From assembly GCF_001447785.1 (NCBI RefSeq), contig NW_015176464.1, positions 1-64,000 of the forward strand: 64,000 bases of DNA. Direction: 5' to 3'. The notes below the pieces were generated by a model, which saw only the letters and a list, made by a program, of their open reading frames with translations, ran no database searches and had not been told where the DNA came from. How positions within the stretch are numbered: position 1 is the stretch's first letter; each line of letters opens with the position of its first letter. This document shows, in pieces, positions 1-9,280 of the stretch. The position numbers and the translations under genes are program-made. The stretch is from Gekko japonicus (taxonomy: Eukaryota).

Positions 1-15
1 GAGCCAGAGAGTTCT

Positions 16-88
16 GGTGGCTCGCCGTGTTAAGGCACCACCTATAGAAATCATGAGGTTAATTTGATAGCGGTTCGAATCCCATGTA
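16..88 (+). other. tRNA-like Pol III element (tRNA pseudogene or tRNA-derived SINE head)
   Basis: A-box-like TGGCTCGCCGTGTTAAGG (18-35), B-box GGTTCGAATCC (72-82), followed directly by T-runs (90-100) resembling a Pol III terminator; acceptor stem does not pair cleanly. Confidence 0.4.
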
Positions 89-143
89 GTTTTTCTTTTT
101 GGGTAATGGTTCTATTTTTCTTTTTTTGGGCTTGTTTTATTTT

Positions 144-156
144 TCTATTTTTGTAC
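144..156 (-). terminator. snRNA 3' box-like element (GTACAAAAATAGA)
   Basis: Resembles the GTTTN1-4AANARNAGA consensus (imperfect 5' half); lies 9 nt after the terminal stem-loop. Confidence 0.55.
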
Positions 157-165
157 AATAAAGAT

Positions 166-509
166 AGGGTTTAAGAACCCTGAGGTAGCAGCATGGAACG
201 ATCGAACCGAGAGTACAAGACACACCCACTGCCTTGCCTTGTAAAAAGCAGCTTTCATCAGTGCATCCCTATATGTAGATTTATTTAAGCTACCGGGATG
301 CGTGATGAGCCAGCATGCATAAGGCGCCGTGTGAGGGCAAGCCTTTACAGCAAATACTTTGGTGCATCCTTGTAAGCGGGATGCAATGTGAAGGCAGTGA
401 GGGGTTCGATGGACAGTTCCATCTAGACTAGGTGTGCTAGCCTTCCTTTAGACTCTAAAGGAAGAATACCATAGTCTGGCCCACTCAGAGACCCGAAGGC
501 CTCAAGTTT
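166..509 (-). ncRNA. Putative orphan Pol II snRNA-type structured RNA (~344 nt)
   Basis: Minus-strand start TTC|AAACUUGAGG 63 nt after the PSE; 5' cUUCGg hairpin; many nested stems; terminal hairpin 166-181 then a 3' box-like motif 9 nt downstream. Confidence 0.65.
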
Positions 510-553
510 GAAACCTCAGCCACCCGATCTAGTCTTCCTTATTTTTCCTTTTG

Positions 554-572
554 ATTTCTATGTAAAGGTGAC
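554..572 (-). promoter_or_regulatory. Proximal sequence element (PSE) GTCACCTTTACATAGAAAT
   Basis: Close to the vertebrate SNAPc-binding PSE consensus; no TATA downstream (Pol II type); -63 from a C|A start. Confidence 0.65.
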
Positions 573-697
573 CGTTTTTCACCATGTTTTAACTCTAGGA
601 ATTAGTTTGATTAAACATATAACGACCTTTAAGTAGATTAGGTATGACAACGGATTGATATAAATGTTTATTTTTTTTGTTGATTTAAAACATTCAA

Positions 698-730
698 GTG
701 CCCAGCATGCTTTGAGAAATCTATTTGCAT
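698..730. promoter_or_regulatory. Distal sequence element 1: SPH/ZNF143 site (698-716) plus octamer ATTTGCAT (723-730)
   Basis: GTGCCCAGCATGCTTTGAG next to a perfect octamer, -189 to -221 from the inferred start at 509. Confidence 0.65.
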
Positions 731-883
731 ATATGCCAGCCCCCAACGTCAAAATTACACTCTTGCCCTATATGGATCGATCATGGACTGATCCATTTCC
801 CCGTAATCAAAGGGGGGAGACGTGGGGTTTTTTTGTTTATTATTTTTGTTTTTTTTTAAATCTATTGTTCACACAGTAAAATC

Positions 884-990
884 GGGGGTCTTATTGATGA
901 AAAACCCCTTGGTTAAAAGAGGTACGATACTTATATCGTTCCCTCCGAGGCTCTATGACCTCAGTTTAAAAATAGCCAAGGCTAATGTGA
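884..990 (-). ncRNA. Possible second snRNA-type small RNA (~105 nt; 5' end uncertain)
   Basis: Terminal hairpin 885-908 (G-U pair only on minus), 3' box-like GTGTGAACAATAGA (861-874) 10 nt downstream, two internal hairpins, second DSE ~200 nt upstream; no convincing minus-strand PSE. Confidence 0.35.
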
Positions 991-1181
991 ACTGCACATC
1001 GAACCCATCACGGCCGTGCACAGAGCATGTCTCGCACCCCGGGTTCGAGCTGCAGATTACATTGGACCTTCATGGACTCTTCCTCAACAGAGAGGGAGTT
1101 CCTATGATGATGCCCTTCCGCATGAAGAGAATCATTCTTCAGAATTGCTTTTGCGCTCATGGGGAACAGATTAGGGTAGAG

Positions 1182-1224
1182 CTCCCATGATGCTTTGGAT
1201 TCAAAGGGGGGTGATTATGCAAAT
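1182..1224. promoter_or_regulatory. Distal sequence element 2: SPH-like site (1182-1199) plus octamer ATGCAAAT (1217-1224)
   Basis: CTCCCATGATGCTTTGGA plus a perfect octamer, same order as DSE1. Confidence 0.55.
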
Positions 1225-1281
1225 AGCCCAGCGAGCTATTCCGGAAACTACCGAAGGAGCTTTCGTCAATTTTCGAGACTA

Positions 1282-1644
1282 ATGCTTGTGTTTTCGTTTA
1301 AGCTCGGAGCTTTCCGACGGACTGCCAGAACGCCGATTGCTCTGAATCGGCCAAGCTCGGGTCTCAGGCCCCGACGACTGTTTCAGTCATCCATATTACG
1401 TTCAAGACGACCCGCGGATGTGGTGGTAGAGATAGAAACCCCCAAGCCGCGTCCGAAAGTGCTTCTTTGCTTCATGTTAATGTTCATATGTTTGAGTATT
1501 TTACTTTTGTGTGGAATAGTTATTCAAATTTTACATTTTGTTGATCTTGGTGCAATTACTCGGGATCGTGTTCTACAATGGATCCTGGTTGTAAATAAAC
1601 GTTTACACAACTATCTTGTTGCTCCTGTGGGAGCTACATCTTGA
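1282..1644 (+). CDS. Hypothetical 120-aa basic single-pass membrane protein (or terminal exon from acceptor at 1302)
   Basis: In-frame ATG at 1282; Arg/Ser/Pro-rich N-terminus, hydrophobic VLLCFMLMFICLSILLLCGIVIQIL; AATAAA ~40 and ~70 nt after the stop; CTAAT...pyrimidines...AG acceptor at 1279-1302. Confidence 0.35.
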   Translation: MLVFSFKLGAFRRTARTPIALNRPSSGLRPRRLFQSSILRSRRPADVVVEIETPKPRPKVLLCFMLMFICLSILLLCGIVIQILHFVDLGAITRDRVLQWILVVNKRLHNYLVAPVGATS

Positions 1645-1870
1645 GCTCCAGTGCCAGTATTCAGTTATAATTTCTACCTCGGTTGAATAAAGTTATCTTT
1701 TGGATTTATTTTTGAAATAAAAGTTTATATTGTATTAAAACAGTATATATATATATATTGAATACATCGTTGGTGAAGAAAATTTTGAAGTCTGAATCAT
1801 CTTTGTATACATATTTTTAATGCACCACAATTTTATTACGGATATATATATATATTTACCTTAAATGTTC

Positions 1871-2470
1871 NNNNNNNNNNNNNNNNNNNNNNNNNNNNNN
1901 NNNNNNNNNNNNNNNNNNNNNNNNNNNNNNNNNNNNNNNNNNNNNNNNNNNNNNNNNNNNNNNNNNNNNNNNNNNNNNNNNNNNNNNNNNNNNNNNNNNN
2001 NNNNNNNNNNNNNNNNNNNNNNNNNNNNNNNNNNNNNNNNNNNNNNNNNNNNNNNNNNNNNNNNNNNNNNNNNNNNNNNNNNNNNNNNNNNNNNNNNNNN
2101 NNNNNNNNNNNNNNNNNNNNNNNNNNNNNNNNNNNNNNNNNNNNNNNNNNNNNNNNNNNNNNNNNNNNNNNNNNNNNNNNNNNNNNNNNNNNNNNNNNNN
2201 NNNNNNNNNNNNNNNNNNNNNNNNNNNNNNNNNNNNNNNNNNNNNNNNNNNNNNNNNNNNNNNNNNNNNNNNNNNNNNNNNNNNNNNNNNNNNNNNNNNN
2301 NNNNNNNNNNNNNNNNNNNNNNNNNNNNNNNNNNNNNNNNNNNNNNNNNNNNNNNNNNNNNNNNNNNNNNNNNNNNNNNNNNNNNNNNNNNNNNNNNNNN
2401 NNNNNNNNNNNNNNNNNNNNNNNNNNNNNNNNNNNNNNNNNNNNNNNNNNNNNNNNNNNNNNNNNNNNNN
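1871..2470. other. Assembly gap (others at 6492-6524, 12429-13183, 16726-17042)
   Basis: Runs of N. Confidence 1.
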
Positions 2471-3262
2471 GCACAGTCGAGTCCGACTCTTCGCGACCCC
2501 ATGGACAATCTCCCACCAGGCTCTCCTGTCTTCCGCCGTCCTCCGAAGTTGACTCAATTTCATGTTCGTTGCATCGATGACACTGTCTAACCATCTCATC
2601 CTTTGCCGTCCCCGTCTTCTTTGACCTTCAATCTTTCCCAGCATCAGGGTCTTTTCCAGTGAGTGCTCCCTTCTCATTTGGTGGCCAAAGTATTTGAGCT
2701 TCAGTTTCATTATCTGGCCTTCCAGGGAACAGTCAGGGTTGATTTCTTTGAGGATTGACTGATTTGTTCTTCTTGCAGTCCAAGGGACTCTCAAGAGTCT
2801 TCTCCAGCACCATAGTTCAAAAGAATCTATTCTTCGGCGCTCGGCCTTCCTTATAGTCCAGCTCTCGCAGCCATACATGACTACTGGGAATACCATTGCT
2901 TTGACCATGCGGACTTTTGTTGGCAGGGTGATGTCTCTACTTTTTATCATGCTGTTTAGGTTTGCCATCGCTTTCCTCCCAAGGAGCAGGTGTCTTTTAA
3001 TTTCATGGCTGCTGTCACAGTCTGCGGTGATCTGGGATCCCAGGAACGTGAAGTCTGTCACTACTTCCACGACTTCCCCTTCTATTTGCCAAGGAGTGAT
3101 GGGGCCGGATGCCATGATCTTAGTTTTTTTGATGTTGAGCTTCAAGCCCACTTTTGCGCTCTCCTCTTTTACTCTGAGCAAGAGGCTCTTTAGATCCTCT
3201 TCACTTTCAGCCATTAGAGTGGTATCATCTGCATATCTGAGGTTGTTGATCTTTTCCCCAGC
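2471..3262 (-). mobile_element. RTE-BovB LINE, 5'-truncated 3' fragment with open RT C-terminus
   Basis: ORF AESEEDLKSLLLRVKEESAKVGLKLNIKKTKIM...VKAMVFPVVMYGCESWT...HGVAKSRTRL is typical BovB. Confidence 0.95.
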
Positions 3263-3874
3263 AATCCCACCTTACAATCCCCAGCACCACCTTACTAGTT
3301 AGTTAATAGTAATATTAAATTGACACAATAGCCAATCACGGACTTGTTGGGAAGGGCTCTATGATAATGAGGATAAGTCGTTCCCCTCCCTCCAGAAGAA
3401 AAGTTTAAAAACAGAGAACACGGAACTATCAGCAGCCTTTTTCTCTTACTGAAACTTTCTTACATTAGCTCTAGTCTGCAGCTAGGGTTAAGTTTCTCGT
3501 GTCTCCAGCAGGTCTAGAGTCACGTGTCTCTCCTCTCTTTTCATTCATTTTTACCCCCTTGCCACTGCCCATTGCTGGAAGCTTTAGGAGCAGAACGGAG
3601 CATCTGAGGTAAATATATTCTACAAGAAACAACGTTAGTTCCTAATTGTGCTATAATAATTCTATCTGGTTTTCTTAGTTCTTGAATGTGTGTATGGTTT
3701 TACTATTATTATTCCCTGTTTGAATGATCAATACTCAGTAAAGAATTGTTGTTTTACTTTAAGTTGTCGTCTCTTGATTAAAGCGTCATTGCACAGCGGC
3801 ACCCTTTGTATACATTGACCGTAACCCAGTTATTAATAAGCTAATTATCTCTCATAAAGAGTGATTAGGCTAAC
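3263..3874 (+). mobile_element. Probable LTR fragment
   Basis: Ends GGCTAACA like the solo LTR at 21801-22755; CCAAT and AGTAAA motifs; 5' end not identifiable. Confidence 0.35.
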
Positions 3875-4144
3875 AGTATGATGATATACATTCTACTCTT
3901 TTAGACCCAAATTTATTTAACATGATAGGCTGCCTGGATACTTTGAAGGTGTGCCATCTTCTGAATGATTCATCACCTGAAATAACTGAAAAAGTAGCCT
4001 TATTTCTAAGTTTGGTAATTAAGGATCAATTGTGTAATGTCTAGATGCATATGATTGACTCATTTTCCCTTGTTACCTCTTTATCTGTTTATTGTTTCTA
4101 CCTGTAATTTGATATATGCCAATATCTGTGAGTGAGTGAATGTT

Positions 4145-4375
4145 CTTATGGTTAGGGTTCTGGTTAGGGTTGAAATAAGATCTGGGAAACCCAGGTTTGA
4201 ATCCCCACTCAACCATGGAAGCTTGCTGGGTGACCCTAGGCTAGTCACACAGTCTCAGCCTAACCTAACTCATAGTATGATTGTAAAGATAAAATGGAGA
4301 AGGAGTGAATGTTGTAAGCCACTTTGGAACCCCATTGGGGGGATAAGTGGAGTATAAATTAAATAAATGAATATA
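4145..4375 (+). mobile_element. tRNA/CORE (MIR-like) squamate SINE; further copies near 8805-9330, 21565-22783, 23550-23835, 27345, 32540, 40720, 44850, 49930, 52345, 60320, 63598
   Basis: Recurring GGTTTGAATCCCCACTC...GCTGGGTGACCTTGGGCTAGTCAC...CTCAGCCTAACCTACCTCACAGG consensus. Confidence 0.75.
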
Positions 4376-7300
4376 TAATAAATGCTATGTGCTCAGTGTA
4401 TTTCACTACATTATCCCAGTCATTGTTCTAGTAGCTTTATAAAGTCAGTATCATCATCCTCATATGACACAGTGGGGCTGAGAGGACCTGAGTGGCTTCA
4501 TTCAGGCCAGTTAATGAATTAATGGCAGAGGTAAAACTTGAACTAGAGCCTCCCAGTCCACAGCCCAGTCCCATAACCCCGATACTATTCTAGCACCTGG
4601 AACTACTCACACACATACATCGTGAGTAGCCCATATACCTGCTATGATCACACTGATCCTGGCTTTGTTCTAGAGTAAAAATATGCTTCTTATTAAATGG
4701 CTAACTTAGAAGAACCTTATTTTAGCCAGCAAAACCATAGGCCATGTGTTCCAAGTTTACACAGGGTCTCCAAATCATCTAGGGTTGCCAGCCCCCAGGT
4801 GGGAGTGGGGGATCCCCTAAAGTTGCGGGCTCCTGCCCACCGTCAGTCAGCTGGATGGCAGGGGGGAGCCCCACCCCCAGCAGCCATGATCCCACGTGAC
4901 ATCCCCAATGTTGATGATGTTGTGTGGTGACGCTCTGGGTTTTGGGCAATACTCTATGTTTTAAGCCCAATTTTATGTTGCATGTAGCAAACAAAAAATA
5001 CAATGAAATATATATTACACAGTGTATCGATAAGCAATTAAAAACATAATACATACATATAAAATGAAAGTAACATATACAGCAGCCTGCTGGACTTGCA
5101 CATCTACTGATCATAAATCACACAAGTGAATATTACATAAAAAGCCACTAGGCCAGACACATTTCAGCCCTGAGTGCCTTCTTCACTGTCCCCTCCAATT
5201 GACTGGCAGTATGAAACCTCTCAACTGGCTAAGCCTGGTTTAAAGTATAGCAGTCTTGCCTGCTCAAGAGTCTGCACCTTCTGATTGCTGTACTTTAGAC
5301 TCCAGGTCTAGTCTGCTGTACTCTAAATCTAACTCTCTCTCTCTCTCTGCCTCCAGTAAGTGGTCTCAGTCCCTCAAGCCTCAATTTGTAGCTGCCTGGA
5401 TCAGTATAGTTTGGACATGCAAGGCTCTTAAAAGTGCTCAAGTTACTTTCAGACAACAGGGGAATACAAATTGGAAGATTTGTCTAGCACCCAATGCACT
5501 GGCATCTTTATTGACATATCAACCTTCTGACACAAAGTAAATTAAATTCCTTCTATGGTAAGATCCAAAAACAGTGTGTAAAGAATTTGCAAGGAAAGCA
5601 CTTTCTAAAGAGCATAGGGATAAAAGCCGTCTCTTGAGTGGTGCAGGCTATATTTCACTATGCCCTCGGAATGGCTGTGACACGTTTCTAAGCCCAGCAG
5701 TGTCCTCTTCCAAACAGCTCTGCCCTATGCTGCAATTAGAGCTCCTGCTTCATGACATCCTGAATCTACTACACATTTCTTATGGGGGAGGGGATCCAAA
5801 GATGGACACACTACTTTTGGATCTTGTCTTTTTTTCACTATGCCACTCCCAACTCCTGCTGTATGCTGAGGACTATGCTGTCAGCAAGCGTACACCTTTA
5901 TCTGCTTCTAGCATAAATGCTACCCAAGGAGGAAACAATGCAGTAAGTCCCATTGTGTTACAAAGATTTTTTATTAAAAATGGTCAGTATCATATGGGCA
6001 TAATTTGTAAGACAGCGGATATCTCAAATCAGGGACTCTACCAGCAGAACCCAAGCATCTTATTACTCTCTGCATAACTATGGAAGTTTGCCAGAGGAGG
6101 AAACTCTCTACTACTGCACTTCAGCACCATCACTGTAACTAGCCAGAAGGTGGCACTGCAGCTACCAACTCAGCAGAAATCGAGGCATAAAGAGGCCAAA
6201 CAGGTTTAATTTAGGTTGCCAGCTCCAGGCTAGGAAATTCCTGGGTATTTGGGAGTGGAACCTGGGGAGGGGAGTGACCTCAGCAAGATATAATGCCAGA
6301 GAAGCTACCCTCCAAAGCAGCCATTTTCTCCAGAGGAACTGATCTCTGTCATCTGGAAATCAGTTGTAATTCCAGATCTCCAAGCCCCACTTGGAGGTTG
6401 GCAATGGCAACGCTACATTCCAGCCATCTTCCTATAAAGCTGCAGACTGCACTGGCATTCCAGCAGGCCCATGTTTGTGTTGAGCATGGTTNNNNNNNNN
6501 NNNNNNNNNNNNNNNNNNNNNNNNCTCATTGCCCTCTGAAGATAACAGAAAATGCCCTAGGGGTTTTTTTTCTGGGGGAATGCATGGGAATGGGGTTCTG
6601 GAAACTCTTCGACAAGATTCTTTTTAAAATGTTTAAAAGTTCGTGAGTTTTCAGTATACAGACAGTATACAAACTTCATTTCCCTCTTGAACGTTCTGGC
6701 ACCTCTTTTTCAAAAAAAAAAAAAGCCCTGGCCATCACCCAGCACCACTGCACACACTCAGATAGGTGCACAAGTCTAAAAGGGGTTTTGAACAGCAGAC
6801 TGTTGAAGCTGTGTTTGTTAATATCTGTGTCTCTGTTGTCCCAGTAAATAAACAGCAGCCAATTGGGAGCCATCTTGCCTTGCCACCCTCTCAGACCTGC
6901 TGCACCACTTCCCTGCTCGGAAACTCCAGAGGAGGCTCCTTTCTTCAGACTGTTTGTTTTCTTCAAAATGCAATTGTGTACACAGGCTCAAACTCATATT
7001 GTTCACTAGAATCCCTCAAATCAGTTAACAGCTATAATAATAGCAGTCGCAGTAGTAACAATAATGATGCTGAGTAATTCTGCTATACAGGCAGGAATTT
7101 GTAAATGTATGCAATAGCTGTGCACTTTAAATTAAACAGAGGGAGGAGATACATACATGATAATAATAAAAGAAGAGAAGTCATCTACAGTTCAAATTCA
7201 TTTCTGGCCAAAAAAAAAAAAGCAACAAAGAGGGCTATGGATTTCCATACGTATACTCTAAAATACACACATGTATTTTAACTATTTATTCTATTAATGA

Positions 7301-7450
7301 AATGTTGCTTTTGTATTGATAACATGTTGTTACCCGCCCTGAGCCCACTCGTGGGAAGGGCGGGCTATAAATATGAATGAATAAATAAATAAATAAGAAA
7401 TAAATAAATAGGCTAAAATTTCATGGATGAATAGGGGGGTCAGGTATGGA

Positions 7451-7676
7451 TAGGATTGCCAGCTCCAGGTTGGGAAACACCTGGAGATTTTGGTGGTAGA
7501 GTGGAGCCTAAGGAGGTCAGGATTTGGGGAGGTGAGGGACTTCGATGGGGCATAATGACATATGGAGTCCACCATCCAAAGTGCCCATTTCCTCCAGGTG
7601 AATTGATTTCTGTTGCCTGGAGTTCAGTTTTAATAGCGGGAGATCTCCAGCCACCACCTGGAGGCTGGCAACCCTG
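7451..7676. mobile_element. hAT (Blackjack-like) MITE, TIR TAGGGTTGCCA; other copies near 4779, 6211-6410, 10257-10446, 25404-25622, 27987-28188, 30563-30761, 58342-58549
   Basis: TIRs plus 8-bp TSD GGTATGGA (7443-7450 / 7677-7684); shared internal CCAAAGCAGCCATTTTCTCCAGG. Confidence 0.8.
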
Positions 7677-8994
7677 GGTATGGATCAAGGAAGAATGGGG
7701 CAGTACTGAAGAGGCAGGGATTGAAGAGGGCCCACTGATACGGTGGCGCTTGAGGACCCACAAAAATCTGGAGCTGGCCCTCCGCCTGAGCTACACTGTG
7801 AGCTGCCCTTGACTGCAGACTCCTTCCATACCAGCTGCCCTGACACAGTTACGGGCTTTAGCCTGGCACCTCTTCGCCATGCCAGGATCCAGCTCCAACT
7901 CCCCCCACCCCAGCTGCCAAGGCCAGAGGGAGAAGAGACAGCAAATGGGCATTCTTCCACCCGTATCACACTAAGAATGCCCATCCTAAGCACCTTAGTT
8001 TTATTACAACTGATTTTTTTAATTGGACTTTCATGGCTGTAAGAAATTTTGAGAGGTAATTCTGGCTGAACAGCAAAAGTGGAAACAAAAAATAATAAAT
8101 ACTATTATAAAGGGGAGACAAGATGGACACAGCTCCTCTTCCAGACCTTATGATGAAGTACAGCACCCAGCTTCTGTAGGTGCTTTAAAAATAAGAAATG
8201 CATGAAGAAGTTCAATTATAAGATTAACTTGACATCCACCCCATCTTTTCAGCCAGCAGAGTTGCAAGCCCTGACAATCCCCCATGTGAGTGTCCTGTCC
8301 TCCAGGGCACAAATACCAGTTCCATCCTCTCTCTAGTGTGACTTTGACAACTTTGCACCTTCAGTTTTAAATCAATCAATGATGATGGACTAATCAAGGC
8401 TGATTTGAACCTGCTGCACCCTGCCAGTGTCTTTAGTCTGATCTTCACGCTGCAGTAGCTCTCGAGTTTAACTGAGTCTGTCAGGGATGAAGCTCTCAAA
8501 ACAGCAAAGTGCTCTTTGCTCTCCTGTCAGACAGGCAATTTTCACTAATACCAGCAAAGAATTGTGTTACAATGGCAAAAGAAGGGAAAGGATGACCTAA
8601 TTTTGTCAGCCACCCTCAGGAAGTTATGTGCAAAACACATGTGTATATTCCATATTAACTCATTGATGCATACTATTGGCCTGAAAATTGGTTCCCAGTC
8701 TGTAACATATATGAACTGCATTGCTAATAGCTATGCTGAGGAAAATCAAAATTATTTGGTTTACTCATCGATAAACAATACAGACACCTCCTCTAGGCTC
8801 AGCTTGATGTAGTGTTTAAGAGTGGCAGATTGTAATCTGGAGAACCAGGTTTGATTCCCCACTCCTCCACATGAACCCTGCTGGGTGACCTTGGGCTAGT
8901 CACAGTTCTCTCAGAACTCTTTCAGCCCCACCTACCTCACAGGGTGTCTGTTGTGGGTAAAGGAAGGGAAGGCAATTGTAAACCGCTCCAAGAC

Positions 8995-9280
8995 TGTTGA
9001 ATAGTGGGCTCCATGGATGAACAGACCACAAGCCTGGTGATCAGTTCTACTTTATTAGTGATTTCAGCAAGCACAAGACAAAACCCGAGCCTCAGCTATG
9101 TTAAATAGCATGCAATTGCCACACCCAAACACACCCCACTCCCAGTGATAGGCTATTTACATAACATTGCTACTACATTGGTTACTTTCAGAATCCTGGC
9201 AGGCTGTTGTTCTTATGCTCCAAGCTCAGCCAGCCTCTGGGGTGATTCATTCAAGAATGATTCAGTACCAATACATAACA
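8995..9280. mobile_element. Short solo LTR inserted in a SINE
   Basis: TGTT...AACA termini, 5-bp TSD AAGAC, SINE sequence resumes after it. Confidence 0.7.

Noticed and set aside
245-265. CUGAUGA hammerhead-like core on minus
   Set aside because: No downstream GAAA after a stem II
220-480. Group I intron-like core on + (AGACTA/TAGTCT as P7, CACACC/GGTGTG as P3, P8 hairpin)
   Set aside because: No bulged G-binding P7, no recognisable P/Q elements or P4-P6 adjacency, no interrupted gene; UUCG loop and promoter point to the minus strand
664-1190. ORFs 664-879 and 822-1190
   Set aside because: No recognisable domain; they overlap T-rich spacers, promoter elements and the putative RNA
1-1870. 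Mitochondrial insertion (NUMT) or reversed/complement-only assembly artefact
   Set aside because: No recognisable mitochondrial gene motifs; the complement-only reading is even more CpG-rich and not repeat-like
1836-2594. Long X-containing ORFs here and at 12357-13359 and 16659-17130
   Set aside because: Artefacts of reading through N gaps
5574-6077. 167-aa ORF
   Set aside because: GTG start, no recognisable homology or exon structure
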